64,000 nucleotides of DNA from NCBI RefSeq assembly GCF_001194135.2, contig NC_068983.1:54364382-54428381 (forward strand). The letters run 5' to 3'. Shown piece by piece: positions 40,231 through 53,482 of the stretch. The stretch comes from Octopus bimaculoides (taxonomy: Eukaryota). Under the pieces are notes generated by a model. That model saw only the letters and a program-made list of their open reading frames with translations, had not been told where the DNA came from and ran no database searches. Numbering within the stretch: position 1 is the first letter of the stretch; the number at the start of each line of letters is the position of its first letter. The translations under genes and the position numbers were made by a program.

Positions 40231-41399
40231 CTCTACAACCAGTACTTTCACCTAAAACAATGTTTTTTTATGTTGGTTGCACTTTTGCAACTGTATTTCT
40301 GTTGAAAAACACTGCCTTTGGTTTAATTAATTTTAAAAATAACGAAGGATATATCAAAATAACTTTGTCGTTATTAAGCTGGAGTTTGGAACAAAATTAA
40401 CATGGAAGTCTGACAGAAGGTTTTAATTTAAAACACATTAACACAGAAAATTTGTGTCATAGGACCAGGGGTGGCCTCAGATGGGTCGGTATCAAAAGGG
40501 TTGATTTAATTACACTCTGAAAGCTAAGTAAGGCGTCTTATGTTTACATCTGTCACTTTTCTGGGTTAAGATAAGTTTGCATCCAACTGTTCTATTAATA
40601 GCACCGAATAAGCCAGTTCTTCTAATGTTTTGACATTGGGAGACAGCATTAAAAAAAAAAAAAATTCTTAAATGACTGCCTGAAATAATTCTAATTTTGG
40701 TAAAAGCCCAGCAATTTGAGGAGAGGGTCTGGTTGATTACATCAATTGTAGTACTACTTAACATACTTTATTTTATCAAACCCCTACAAAAATGAAAGGC
40801 AAAGTTGAACTCAGAATGTAAAAAGTTGGAAGAAATGCAGCTAAGCTTTTTGTCAGATATGCTAACAATTCTGCCAGCATGTCACCTTTGATTGCCTGGA
40901 GTAATATTTTCCCAAAAGCAGGAAAACTACCAATAACCAATCAATCAATATCTATAGCCTTGGGAAGATATAGATTATAGAATTTAATTAATTGATTATT
41001 TGTAGATCAGCAAATAAGCAGTTATTTTGTTGAGTGGCATAAGCCACCACCTAAACCAAACATTTAATGCATCTAGTTAAACCACTTTGATAGTTAAACA
41101 CCTCTCCACCCACAACCATCAGCATGTAGATCCATCAAGACATTATCACTTTAGAACTGTCGCTATCAAACCCCTTATATTTACTTACCAACAGAATAGA
41201 GGCATCTTTTATAACAGTAGACTTGCTGCCATGAATGTCTTGGTTCTAAACCCTGCTTTACATTATAGAGATATGTGATCTCTAAGCTAAAACAATAAAA
41301 ACCAGTCTAAAATGTTGGATACCAATACAAGGGCTTCCAACTGTAAGAATTATACCAATAATCATAACATAAACACCACCACAGTGCCTGGTTTGTATA

Positions 41400-41740
41400 T
41401 GTTTCTGTGGCATGTAAGTGATATGAAAGGCTAAGCTGGTGGAGAAGGAAAAGGGGTAGGCCAAGATGAAAACCTATGGATAGTTGGTGAGGTGAAGGAC
41501 CACAATTGGTAATGACACTAAGGATGGCAACAGGTGAAGGAGTGGATACAAAGGACCACAACACATGGCAAGATAAAGAACTGCAATATGAGATGAGAAC
41601 AAGGGACCCCAATAGGGTAAGGGTCAGGACAGTGGACAACAGTGGGTGATGTGAAGGACCACAGAGTGTGGTAAGATACTACAACCAGACCAACCAATGT
41701 CAGATTAGAAAAACACATATATGATGATGATGATGAATGT
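41400..41740 (+). mobile_element. Old RTE-like 3' end
   Basis: RRKRGRPR-like codons at about 41440-41470, repeated gtgaaggaccaca and a terminal (ATG)n. Confidence 0.4.
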
Positions 41741-41791
41741 AGGTGTTGCTCCTTGTCCCACTTTGTAATGACTATTTCAAACTTGATTTAA

Positions 41792-42007
41792 CCCTTCTGA
41801 TGCCAGCCAACCCAAAACTGTTCCTGTCTCTATGATATAAACTACTTGTTTTAAAGTGATCTAAATTAAAAACTTCCATCAAAATTTCATGTTAATCTAT
41901 GTTCTAAATACCAGCTTCATAACAAAGCTATTTTACACAATTCTTTTTTTTTTAAATTAATTGAAACAAAGTTAGCGTATTTCAATAGAAATTTGGTAAC
42001 AAATGAG
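41792..42007 (-). mobile_element. piggyBac-like MITE, family B, intact TTAA on both sides
   Basis: TTAA 41788-91 and 42008-11, CCCTT terminus. Confidence 0.75.
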
Positions 42008-43080
42008 TTAAGTTCATGACTTATCGACTTTCTGGAAACAACAATTTGTCCAAAATGAATAAATAAAGACTAAAGGAAATAAATAAAAATACAGAAAACG
42101 AATGTCCCACCACCAGTGGAATGTGGGTGGGGGGTAGGGCTATTCTAGATAATACTTAGAGATTGGATGGTTAATGGCTGGATGGGGTGTGAGAATGCAC
42201 AGTAAACTGTTTAATGAGTAGGAAAGACTGTTATCAAAAAGATGGCCAAAACCAGCAGGAATTCTTTCATGATCATTAAGTGATCTACTGCTCTTGTTAA
42301 GAAGGAAATAGTCACAACTCACACTGTGTTATGAATGTTGGCAACATTTACATTGGTGTGATTTTCTCATTAGTTTTCTCTTTGTTCTCCTATCTAGACA
42401 AATCAGAACAGATGTCACAAACAGTTGTAAGATCTTATTTACTATTATTACCACAAGAACAACAGCATTCCTGTAGCATGGTCATAGCCAAGAGGCCAAA
42501 ATAAGCACAAAAATGCAAAAACACTTTTAACATTATTCCGTTTACCCCCCACCCCTCTCTAATCTTACCTTCTCTTTTTCTCTTTTTTCACACACACACA
42601 CAAATATATATATACTGCATGCAACCCTCACTTTTATTCTAAACTTTACTAAGTTTCTATAATAGTTTGATATCAATTAATTATAAGACTGTTGTTGCTG
42701 CTGTTATTGATCTTGTTGTTGTATTTAAACTCTACATAGAAATCTAATTAATTACACAAATTAAATTAAATTTTCTGAGGACAAATCTAGGAGTGTCTAA
42801 AGACTACAAATTCACTTTTTGTTTTTTTGTTGTTTTTGTACATAACAAGGCAGAGAATTAGCAAGAATCACTCAAGTGTAGGACAAGATACCTTGTAGTA
42901 TTTGTTCTGGCTCTCTATGATATGAGTTCAAATCCCACTGAAGTCAACCTTGCCTTTCATGCATTTAGGATTGATAAAATAGATTACTATTCCAAGGTTG
43001 TGGATTGGCAGAACTGTTACAGTGTTAAACAAGATACAATTAAATATTTGTTCTAATTCTTTGCATTCTGTGTTCATAAT

Positions 43081-43254
43081 TGGAGTGGAGAGTATGCTTT
43101 TGGGGTAGTTGTTGCTTAATAGATTGTTACTGAGCTTGATCATTTCTTCGTGGTGGGTATCACGACCGCTACTTATATTCATTGCTCGATGTTTTAGGCA
43201 CTGAGCAATCCCTCTCTTTACACTGTATGGATGGTGGGAATTGAAGTTGAGGTA
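43081..43254 (-). mobile_element. Penelope-like element RT thumb fragment
   Basis: Open frame YLNFNSHHPYSVKRGIAQCLKHRAMNISSGRDTHHEEMIKLSNNLLSNNYPKSILSTP matches the PLE YL.F.SHHP...K ... RA..IS ... NxYP signature. Confidence 0.85.
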
Positions 43255-43397
43255 TCAAAATATAAATGAGTGAAACAATGATAGAACCTTTGTATAGTCA
43301 ATTATCCTGCTAAAACAATCAGCTATATCTCCCTCAAATCATAAATCATACCCTGCCATCTTAAAAAGAGATGGATATATTTAAATACACTGTGGTC

Positions 43398-43471
<74 letters not shown>

Positions 43472-44077
43472 NNNNNNNNNNNNNNNNNNNNNNNNNNNNN
43501 NNNNNNNNNNNNNNNNNNNNNNNNNNNNNNNNNNNNNNNNNNNNNNNNNNNNNNNNNNNNNNNNNNNNNNNNNNNNNNNNNNNNNNNNNNNNNNNNNNNN
43601 NNNNNNNNNNNNNNNNNNNNNNNNNNNNNNNNNNNNNNNNNNNNNNNNNNNNNNNNNNNNNNNNNNNNNNNNNNNNNNNNNNNNNNNNNNNNNNNNNNNN
43701 NNNNNNNNNNNNNNNNNNNNNNNNNNNNNNNNNNNNNNNNNNNNNNNNNNNNNNNNNNNNNNNNNNNNNNNNNNNNNNNNNNNNNNNNNNNNNNNNNNNN
43801 NNNNNNNNNNNNNNNNNNNNNNNNNNNNNNNNNNNNNNNNNNNNNNNNNNNNNNNNNNNNNNNNNNNNNNNNNNNNNNNNNNNNTTTATAGATAAAATAT
43901 ATATAAAATATATAGTTTTAGGGAAAATAACCAAGTTTCAAGAACTCATCGATGAAAATCCACTATCACATATAGAAAAATTAACAATTAAAAGCACAAT
44001 AAATGAGTATAATATAAAGCAAAGTAAATATCATAAGATAAATATAATAATATATATATATATACCATTACCAGTTC

Positions 44078-44376
44078 GTTGCCAGTACTGCTAGACTGGC
44101 TCCTGTGCAGGTGGCACATAAAAAAAGCACCATTTCAAGCATGGCTGTTGCCAGTACCTCCTGACTGGCCTTCATGCCGGTGGCACGTAAAAGCACCCAC
44201 TACGCTCTCTGAGTGGTTGGTGTTAGGAAGGGCATCCAGCTGTAGAAACTCTGCCAAATCAGATTGGAGCCTGGTGTAGCCATCTGGTTCACCAGTCCTC
44301 AGTCAAATCATCCAACGCATGCTAGCATGGAAAGCGGACATTAAACAATAATGATGATGATGATGGTGATGATGAT
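44078..44376 (+). mobile_element. RTE-tail element
   Basis: Same family as 21021-21383. Confidence 0.85.
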
Positions 44377-46813
44377 ATAGTTTTTATTAATATTTAGCAG
44401 AAGCAACAGAGTAACCCAAGGTCCAAGAGTTTCATACGCTCACACTTAGCAGTAAAGATACTCATGTTTTGAGTTCTGCTTTACCTGTTTGCATTGCTAA
44501 ACCAAAACCTTTCCATATAGCAATTTCAGGTAGGACTATCAGATTTTGGGGGCAATGAAGTAATTTGAACTTGCTCAGAAAGTAAAAGAACAAAATGAAA
44601 TACTGCAAGGTGTTTAGTCCTCCACTCCACTGATTCTACCATTTCTGTAAGATTAGAATTTATTTACCACTCAAGAATACATTGTGATTGCTGTAATACT
44701 AAATTACAGATACATGATCAAGAGGGTGAGTAGTCATCCTCTGTAAATCACAGAACCACTCCGCTTCTGTCTCCATGACAGGTTCATGTCAGTAACATAC
44801 TTGATAAAAAAAAATTTCCTATGCCTAGCAGACCACATAAATCTCATTCTTCTTCCAGTCTATGCAAGCCAAACATTTTTTTCTTTGTTCACATTTCATT
44901 GTCATATGGTCTCTTGACAGATGCACTTTGACAGATGCATTGTGCTGCAATGCATTGAGATAGATTATAACATCACTGCACCACATTTCTCTCTCTCTCT
45001 CTCTCTTTTCTTTTTTTTTTCTTTTGATAGGCACAAGCATGGCTGTGTGATTAAAAAGTTTGCTTTCTTTATCATATGGTTTCAGGTAGACAGAAACTGA
45101 AAGAAGCCAATGTGGTTCAGTCCCACTGTACCTTCTACTATAGCCCCAAGATGATGCCAACCAATACTTTGAGAGTAAATTTGATAGGAGGAAACAGCAG
45201 AAACCTCATTATGTATGTGTGTGTGTGTGTGTATGGGGGGGGTGCATGTTCAATGACTGTTGATATTCTTTACTTGTCACCATTTGAGCAAAATGCTGAC
45301 TAGTTGCATTGCACTTTTGAAAACCTCTGGGATAAAAAAAAAATTAATTGAAGAAAAAAGTAAGCGTTGGTGACAGGAGGAGCATCCAGCCATAAAATCC
45401 TACCTCAAATAATTCCTCCCCCATCTGATCCATTCCAGCACAGGAAAGCAAACATTGTATGAATGAGCAAACTAATGAATATGAGACAGACAGACAAACA
45501 GACAGACAGATAGAGAGAGAGAGAGAGAGAGGAGGAGAGAGAGAGAGAGGGGAGGAGAGAGAGAGAGAGGAGGAGAGAGATGCACCAGTGACAGGACTGT
45601 TTTTTTTTAAATTTAGAATTCAACAGGTCAGATTAAAAAAAAGTGTGGATTATCCAGCGCATATATAAAAAGTGCTGGAGATAATCAGGATTACAAACAC
45701 ATTTAATATTTAGAACCTTTAATGGGTTTCTGAGTGAAATTGTTGTAGAACTGTGATAATAATCAAGTTGAACAAAAAAAAAAAGTGATGAAAATATTGA
45801 TGCTTTAACAAATAAATGGAAAGTGACTGAAGCAGTTTTAGTCTGATCTTACTTTGTTAAACTCGCTCAATTCATGATGTAATGGCTTTAGCTTCAATAC
45901 AGTTTCAGATCAACTCCTGTACCAAACAAGGGCAATGTAGATAAAACAAATGATCATCTCAGCTTTATTGCATGTATTTTGTTTGTTAATGAAGTTCTTA
46001 TTTAATTTGAGTCTAAATTCAAAAATCTCTCTCTCTGTATATGTGTGTGTGTGTATGTGTGTGTGTGTNNNNNNNNNNNNNNNNNNNNNNNNNNNNNNNN
46101 NNNNNNNNNNNNNNNNNNNNNNNNNNNNNNNNNNNNNNNNNNNNNNNNNNNNNNNNNNNNNNNNNNNNNNNNNNNNNNNNNNNNNNNNNNNNNNNNNNNN
46201 NNNNNNNNNNNNNNNNNNNNNNNNNNNNNNNNNNNNNNNNNNNNNNNNNNNNNNNNNNNNNNNNNNNNNNNNNNNNNNNNNNNNNNNNNNNNNNNNNNNN
46301 NNNNNNNNNNNNNNNNNNNNNNNNNNNNNNNNNNNNNNNNNNNNNNNNNNNNNNNNNNNNNNNNNNNNNNNNNNNNNNNNNNNNNNNNNNNNNNNNNNNN
46401 NNNNNNNNNNNNNNNNNNNNNNNNNNNNNNNNNNNNNNNNNNNNNNNNNNNNNNNNNNNNNNNNNNNNNNNNNNNNNNNNNNNNNNNNNNNNNNNNNNNN
46501 NNNNNNNNNNNNNNNNNNNNNNNNNNNNNNNNNNNNNNNNNNNNNNNNNNNNNNNNNNNNNNNNNNNNNNNNNNNNNNNNNNNNNNNNNNNNNNNNNNNN
46601 NNNNNNNNNNNNNNNNNNNNNNNNNNNNNNNNNNNNNNNNNNNNNNNNNNNNNNNNNNNNNNNNNNNNNNNNNNNNNNNNNNNNNNNNNNNNNNNNNNNN
46701 NNNNNNNNNNNNNNNNNNNNNNNNNNNNNNNNNNNNNNNNNNNNNNNNNNNNNNNNNNNNNNNNNNNNNNNNNNNNNNNNNNNNNNNNNNNNNNNNNNNN
46801 NNNNNNNNNNNNN

Positions 46814-46861
<48 letters not shown>

Positions 46862-47791
46862 CAACATCATTATTTTTATGTTCGCTTTCCATGCTGGCAT
46901 GGGTTGGACAGGTTGTCAAGGTGTGAGAAATTTATTGGAAGTCTGTTGTATGTATGTATGTATGTATGTAGGTATGTGTGTGTCTATGTATGTATGTCTG
47001 TGTGTCTATATGTTTGTTTCTCATCATTTGCCAACTGGTGGTGGTTTGTATGCATTCCTGAAACCTAGGGGTCAGGCACAGATTGACCAATAAAATTAGT
47101 AGGAGACTTACAATAAGTGTTGAAGCCAATTTGATTAAATAATCCCATCAAAGCAGTGCCCCAGCATGGCCACAGTACAATGATTAAAAAAATAAAAGCA
47201 TAAAAGGATTAACTCTAAAGAGAGGAAGTGCCTAGAGCCTTTTCAGGCTAACCATAGCTGGAAAGGAGGGATAACAAGACCAGATTAATCCAGTTTAGAT
47301 AGAAAACAAAGTTGGTGTGTCATGTTGAAGAGACAAATAAGTAACCAAATAGCTTTGTCACAAGGAATACAGACATTTAATCCTTTCATTGCCAACCTAC
47401 ACAACACCAACCTAGCTTTAATGTTACCAACTTACTCATCAAAACCATCTAAAGTAAAGTGTTTATAATAATAATAAAAAAACCTTAATGTATTACATGA
47501 ATAACATCGACATTTCTGAAGGTAAACAATATAACTCTAGGCTGTTTGAAAAATAATGTAACAGTAGACAAAAGCGAATAAGGTACAGAAAATAAAAATA
47601 TATATAACAACTATTTCCAAGAAATTCTTTTATTATTTTTCCGAATAAACTAAAACACTCTTTCTTAGGAAAATATAGTTTGTAGATGAAGGTTTTAATA
47701 TTTGATAGTTTTTTAACCCAAGGCTCTTGTTAACCTCATGTAATCTTAAATAGGTTTTAGTCAGCAATAATTCAGGGCTTGGCTAACTTAA

Positions 47792-48268
47792 CCCTCTTGA
47801 TACTAAACCATCTGAAACTGCTCCTGGTTCTATGATATAATCTTGTTTTAAAGTGGTCTAAATTAAATTAAAAACCTTACTCCAAAATTTCACATTAGTT
47901 TAAGCTCCAAGCACTAGCTTAATAACAGCAAAGTTCCAAACACTAGTTTAATGATAACAAATATATTTTACCAAATACTTGCTTATTTTCATAGTTAATT
48001 GAAGCAAATTCAGTGTATTTCAAAAGAAACATGGTAACAAAATGATTAAATGTAATCATTAACCCTATTAATATCAACCCGTCAGAGATTGCCTCTGTAT
48101 CTATAATACAAATTTCCTGTTTAAAATTACATAAATTAAAACTTTGCATTGCTAATTTATGTTCCAAAAACCTTTTTTACAATGACAAAGTTATTTCATT
48201 AAATTCTTCATTATTTTGAAAACTAAATGAAGCAAAGGCAGCCTATTTCAACAGAAACATGGTAGCAT
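47792..48268 (-). mobile_element. Two tandem piggyBac-like MITEs, family B
   Basis: TTAA at 47788, 48046 and 48059. Second copy abuts an RTE tail (48271-48420). Confidence 0.7.
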
Positions 48269-48881
48269 AAGTTGGACGATTTGACTGAGGCCTGGTGGAA
48301 CCCGAAGGCTACACCAGGCTCCAATCTGATTTGGCAAAGTTTCTACAGCTGGATGCCCTTCCTAACACCAACCACTCCGAGAGTGTAGTAGGTGCTTTTA
48401 CATGTCACCGGCACGAGGGCCGCTAAAAGATTAAATAATTTAATGAAATATTGAAAAAGTACAGAGAAAGCTGCTAGGAATAGGGAAAACTGTTTGTTCA
48501 GTTATGTTTATTTTCACTAAAATTTCATCCACTTTTAAAAATTTATTTTAAGTCTTTTTTTCTTTTTCTTTTGTTTTGTTATAGCTCATTTCATAGAAAA
48601 TGCTACTGGACCTCTACAAAACAAAAGACAGGAAGAGTTGCATGACTACAAAGTTCACTCATGACCACATTGTTTCAGGTTCAATTCCATTGCATGGCAC
48701 CTTGAACAAGTGTCTTCTACTATAGCCCTAGTTGGAACAAAGGTAAGTGAATTTGATAGAGAAAAACTGTGTGAAAGCCAGCCCATTTGCCTGCAGGTCA
48801 TTATTGTGTGCGTGTGTGTGTCTGTCTGTCTGTCTTTAAGTTTGTCCCACATTGACAACCTGTGTTAAAAAAATATACGTG

Positions 48882-48958
<77 letters not shown>

Positions 48959-50027
48959 GGTAGGCTTCAGCACTGTCTCTAATTCATTTGCAAGTTATTC
49001 AAATCAACCTGATACTACAGTAGCTGGTCTCTTAGAGTTAAATCGAACCTGGAACCACTCGGTAGCAAATCAAACTTATTAATCACACTGCTATACCTGT
49101 GCCAAGTTTATCAACAACTTTCTGGCAACTAGCAATGAAAAACTGTGCCACTGCACTTAAATCTATCTTTGCTATGAATAAAAGAAAAAAAAAAAAAAAA
49201 NNNNNNNNNNAAAAAAAAAAAAAAAAAAAAGGAAAAAGAGAAAAAAAGGACAAAAAAAAGTAAAATAAAGTATGTACGTTTACTGAGTCCTCTTACATGA
49301 AAATAAAATCCGACTGAGGTGTTTGTGTATGAACTAATGTACACACAATAGCAATACCATATGATATCGGTAAGTAGATTGACGACTTTATATATTGCAA
49401 TTTATTCAAAGTGAAGATATTAGATATTATTTACAAGAAAAATATATAGATAGATAAAGAGTTACATTGATTCCCCAGAGTATTGGCGAAAGAAAGAAAG
49501 AAAGAGGAAAAAACCGGAAAGAAGTGTAAATATAAAGTTGGTTATTTTAAAGAAGTAAAGCTACTTATGGAACATAAGAGTATGTGTGTATTTGTATGCA
49601 TGATTATATATATATATATATTTATGAAATGCATGCATGCAAGTATGTATTTAATCATTTGTACATAAGAATGCACATGTGTATGTATACACATGCATAT
49701 ATACATACACATAACTTCTAGTAGATATTTATGTGGACAAAAGCAATAAATGTGTCTACATCTATATCTATCTATCTATCTATCTATCTTTATACATACA
49801 TACATATATATGTGTGTGTGTGTGTGTGTATATATATACATATAAATTGCATGCATGCACACACATATATATATAGGGATGTATGTACATATTTTCTTAA
49901 ACTATTCTTCATCACATATGTGCTATTTTATTAATAGAGCTTTCACACGTGTATGTACAAGTGTATGTATGTATTTCTGTGTGCGCATATATATACATAT
50001 ATATATATGCATACATACATATATGTA

Positions 50028-50068
<41 letters not shown>

Positions 50069-50112
50069 GTATATACATGCATATATACATATATATACAT
50101 ACGTATACATAT

Positions 50113-50600
50113 AGGCGTAGGAGTAGCTGTGCGGTAAGTAGCTTGCTTACTAACCACATGGCTCCGGGTTCAGTCCCACTGTGTGGCACCTTGGGCAAAT
50201 GTCTTCTACTATAGCCTCGGGCCGACCAAAGCCTTGTGAGTGGATTTAGTAGACGGAAACTGAAAGAATCCCGTCGTATATATATATATGTATGTATATG
50301 TTTGTGTGTCTGTGTTTGTCCCCCCCAACATCGCTTGACAACCGGTATTGTATTTACATGAATAATACATAGTGGGACTGAACCTGGGACCATGTGGTTG
50401 GTATAGCAAGCTACTTACCACACAGCCACTCCTGTGCCTATATGTATATCATCATCATCATCATCGTTTAACGTCCGCTTTCCATGCTAGCATGGGTTGG
50501 ACGACTTGACTGAGGACTGGTGAAACCGGATGGCAACACCAGGTTCCAATCTAAATTTGGCAGAGTTTCTACAGCTGGATGCCCTTCCTAACTCCAACCA
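50113..50600. mobile_element. SINE (+), inverted SINE head (-) and RTE tail (-)
   Basis: + SINE 50113-50346, - head 50371-50448, - RTE tail 50450-50600. Confidence 0.85.
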
Positions 50601-50628
50601 CATATATACCTATAGATGTATATATATG

Positions 50629-50663
<35 letters not shown>

Positions 50664-50944
50664 GTGTGTGTGTATACATACATGCATATATGCACACACA
50701 AATATGGTTATAATAGATGAACAAAAATGTACTCAAAACCATAGAAGTGTGTGGGAATTTATTCTGATTGATCCAGTAGCCTGTTGAACTGGAATTTCCA
50801 CAACATGCAATCGGTTCTTCAGACAGGAGACACAAGCATACATAAATACACACACAGATAAACCATACATACACAACCAATCGAACTTTCATACACACAC
50901 AAACATACACCAGAGTATACAAACGCATTTTGAGCAAATGTGTG

Positions 50945-51004
<60 letters not shown>

Positions 51005-51317
51005 TAAAGGTGCAATAGCCTCATGAATAAGGTACTGCACTACCTGAACTGAGATTTATAATTCAAATCAATCTGATGCATATGTTTCAATGTGATTCGG
51101 CAAACAACAGTTCCTTGTTCTGTTTTACTTTGTTTTGTGTTGTTTTGTTTTCCATTATGTTTGTATTTCTTCAGCTCTTCTAGTTGTTGGTAATAGGTAC
51201 AGACCATATGGAACATTGCCTTGCAAGCACCAACATTTTATCTGGTGATCAAATACATATCTCCTATCTTATCGCCACAAAATCAGAAACAAGCAACAGC
51301 TCACAAGGCATTTGCAT

Positions 51318-51355
<38 letters not shown>

Positions 51356-51389
51356 CATATATATATATATATACACCCTCACACATGCA

Positions 51390-51451
<62 letters not shown>

Positions 51452-51675
51452 TATATGTATGTATGCTTGCATAACATGGAAATGTATTTAGAGAGGCATG
51501 GAAGCATGTATGCAAATAAACAAAGATAAACATATATGTATGCATATTTGTGTGTCTAAACTTATGTTGCACAATGCACTTAGTCACATGTGCACATAAG
51601 CACATTTAGTAATGCTTGGAAGAAGAGAAAAGGAAAAACATTGCAGGATATGATACACATTTCAAGAATAGTGCT

Positions 51676-51710
<35 letters not shown>

Positions 51711-52440
51711 TAATAATAATAATGATAGTAATAATAATAATGAACCCGCTGCCAGAAATTGAACTCCATATCTTTTTAGCTTAGCAGACAAAACAAGCAA
51801 ATGTTTATGCAATTTTTTGTATATGATGTTGTTGATAGTATATGATTATGTTTGTATATGTGTTTTATATTTTCTCTGCAGTAACTGCAGTGAATTTGCC
51901 TTTAAAAGTTAAAATATGTCACAAACATATTTTAATTAACCTAAGTTTTATATATATATATTGAAGAGGTTTCATAAAAAAAAATTCCACACGGTAAACT
52001 TTATTGAAAAATATAAAAAGAAGGAAAATGCATAAAAATTTTGTTTTTGTTCAAAAGATATGTATAACTTGACTGGTTTCGCTTATGCCAATCATAACTA
52101 AGTGATTAGTGATACTGTTATTATTTCATGCTATTATATGTTTTCATTCCATGTTAAGTAGGTGGAAGGATATTTTGTAAGATATAGGTGTGCGCAAGCA
52201 CACACACACACACACATATATATATGTATACGTATATATGAATAAAAGAATGAATGTGTGTATGTATGTACACACACACACACACATTACACATGCATAT
52301 ATGTGTATGTATATCTAAACATTATGTCTGGCTAGAGTCAAAGTAATACACTTACAGTGTTGATGACACCTACTGAGATGGAAATATGTTCACAGATATC
52401 CTTGTCCTTCTTTCTGATGGCCACACCTTTTTATATTGTT

Positions 52441-52908
52441 GCGAAGACCTGTTGAGGCAATCGAAATCGAATTAAATTCGACAACTGGCACCCATGCCAA
52501 CGTTGTCTCCTTCATTGGAAATGAAACTCAGCTTGCAAAGACCTATTGGGGCAAGCGAAAGCGAAACCATCAATGGCACCTGTGCCCAGCATCGCCTTCC
52601 TGGCATGTGTACAGACATTCGAGCGAGATCGTTGCCAGTGCCACTGAACTGGCTCCTGTGCAGGTGGCACGTAAAATACACCATTTTGAGCATGGCTGTT
52701 GCCAGTACCAGTTGACTGGACTTCGTGCCGGTGGCACGTAAAAGCACCTACTACACTCTTGGAGTGGTTGGCGTTAGGAAGGGCATCTAGCTGTAGAAAC
52801 TCTGCCAGATCAGATTGGAGCCTGGTGCAGCCATCTGGTTTCACCAGTCCTCAGTCAAATCGTCCAACCCATGCTAGCATGGAAAGCGGACGTTAAACGA
52901 CGATGATG
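52441..52908 (+). mobile_element. Longest RTE-tail-bearing non-autonomous element in the window
   Basis: Extra 5' module with two gaagacctgttgaggcaa-like repeats, subrepeats and conserved tail. Confidence 0.75.
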
Positions 52909-53155
52909 TTGAGGATTTGATTACAATTGCTACTGGGTGTTTGTTTACCTTTCTCTCAAAGCAAAGGTATATTAGTAAATCAAGGCTTTATCCCATACAT
53001 TTAGTATACATTTGTTTTCTGCTGCCCAAATTCATGCCACTGGCCACACAAGGTTATTTCTTCAAGGACATTTTTATTTTAATGATATATATATATATCT
53101 TTTAGTGCGACTGGTTTTGTTATACGGCACCATGTTTTACAATCCTGTAAATAAT

Positions 53156-53317
53156 AATAATGGTATTTAGATAAGTTTAAAGCTTATGGCAATGACCGTG
53201 CAATGACCAAGGAAAATAGTCTAATAAAGGGACATATATGTCCTTTTATTAGACTATTTTCTTTAGTCTTTGCATGGTGATCACCATAAGCTTTGAACTT
53301 ATATAAATACCATTATT
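53156..53317. repeat. 162-bp loopless palindrome
   Basis: 81-bp arms, 71/81 matched, centre gacata|tatgtc. Confidence 0.9.
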
Positions 53318-53340
53318 GATATATATATATATCATATTCT

Positions 53341-53482
53341 GGTGTTAGGAAGGGCATCCTGCTGTAGAAATTCTACCAAATTTAGATTGGAGCCTGGTGT
53401 TGCCATCCGGTTTCACCAGTCCTCAGTCAAATCGTCCAACCCATGCTAGCATGGAAAGCGGACGTTAAACGATGATGATGAT
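53341..53482 (+). mobile_element. RTE tail copy
   Basis: Conserved tail plus (GAT)n running into (TA)n. Confidence 0.85.

Noticed and set aside
44710-44725. 16-nt segment between CAG and GTGAGT
   Set aside because: No pyrimidine tract and not frame-preserving.
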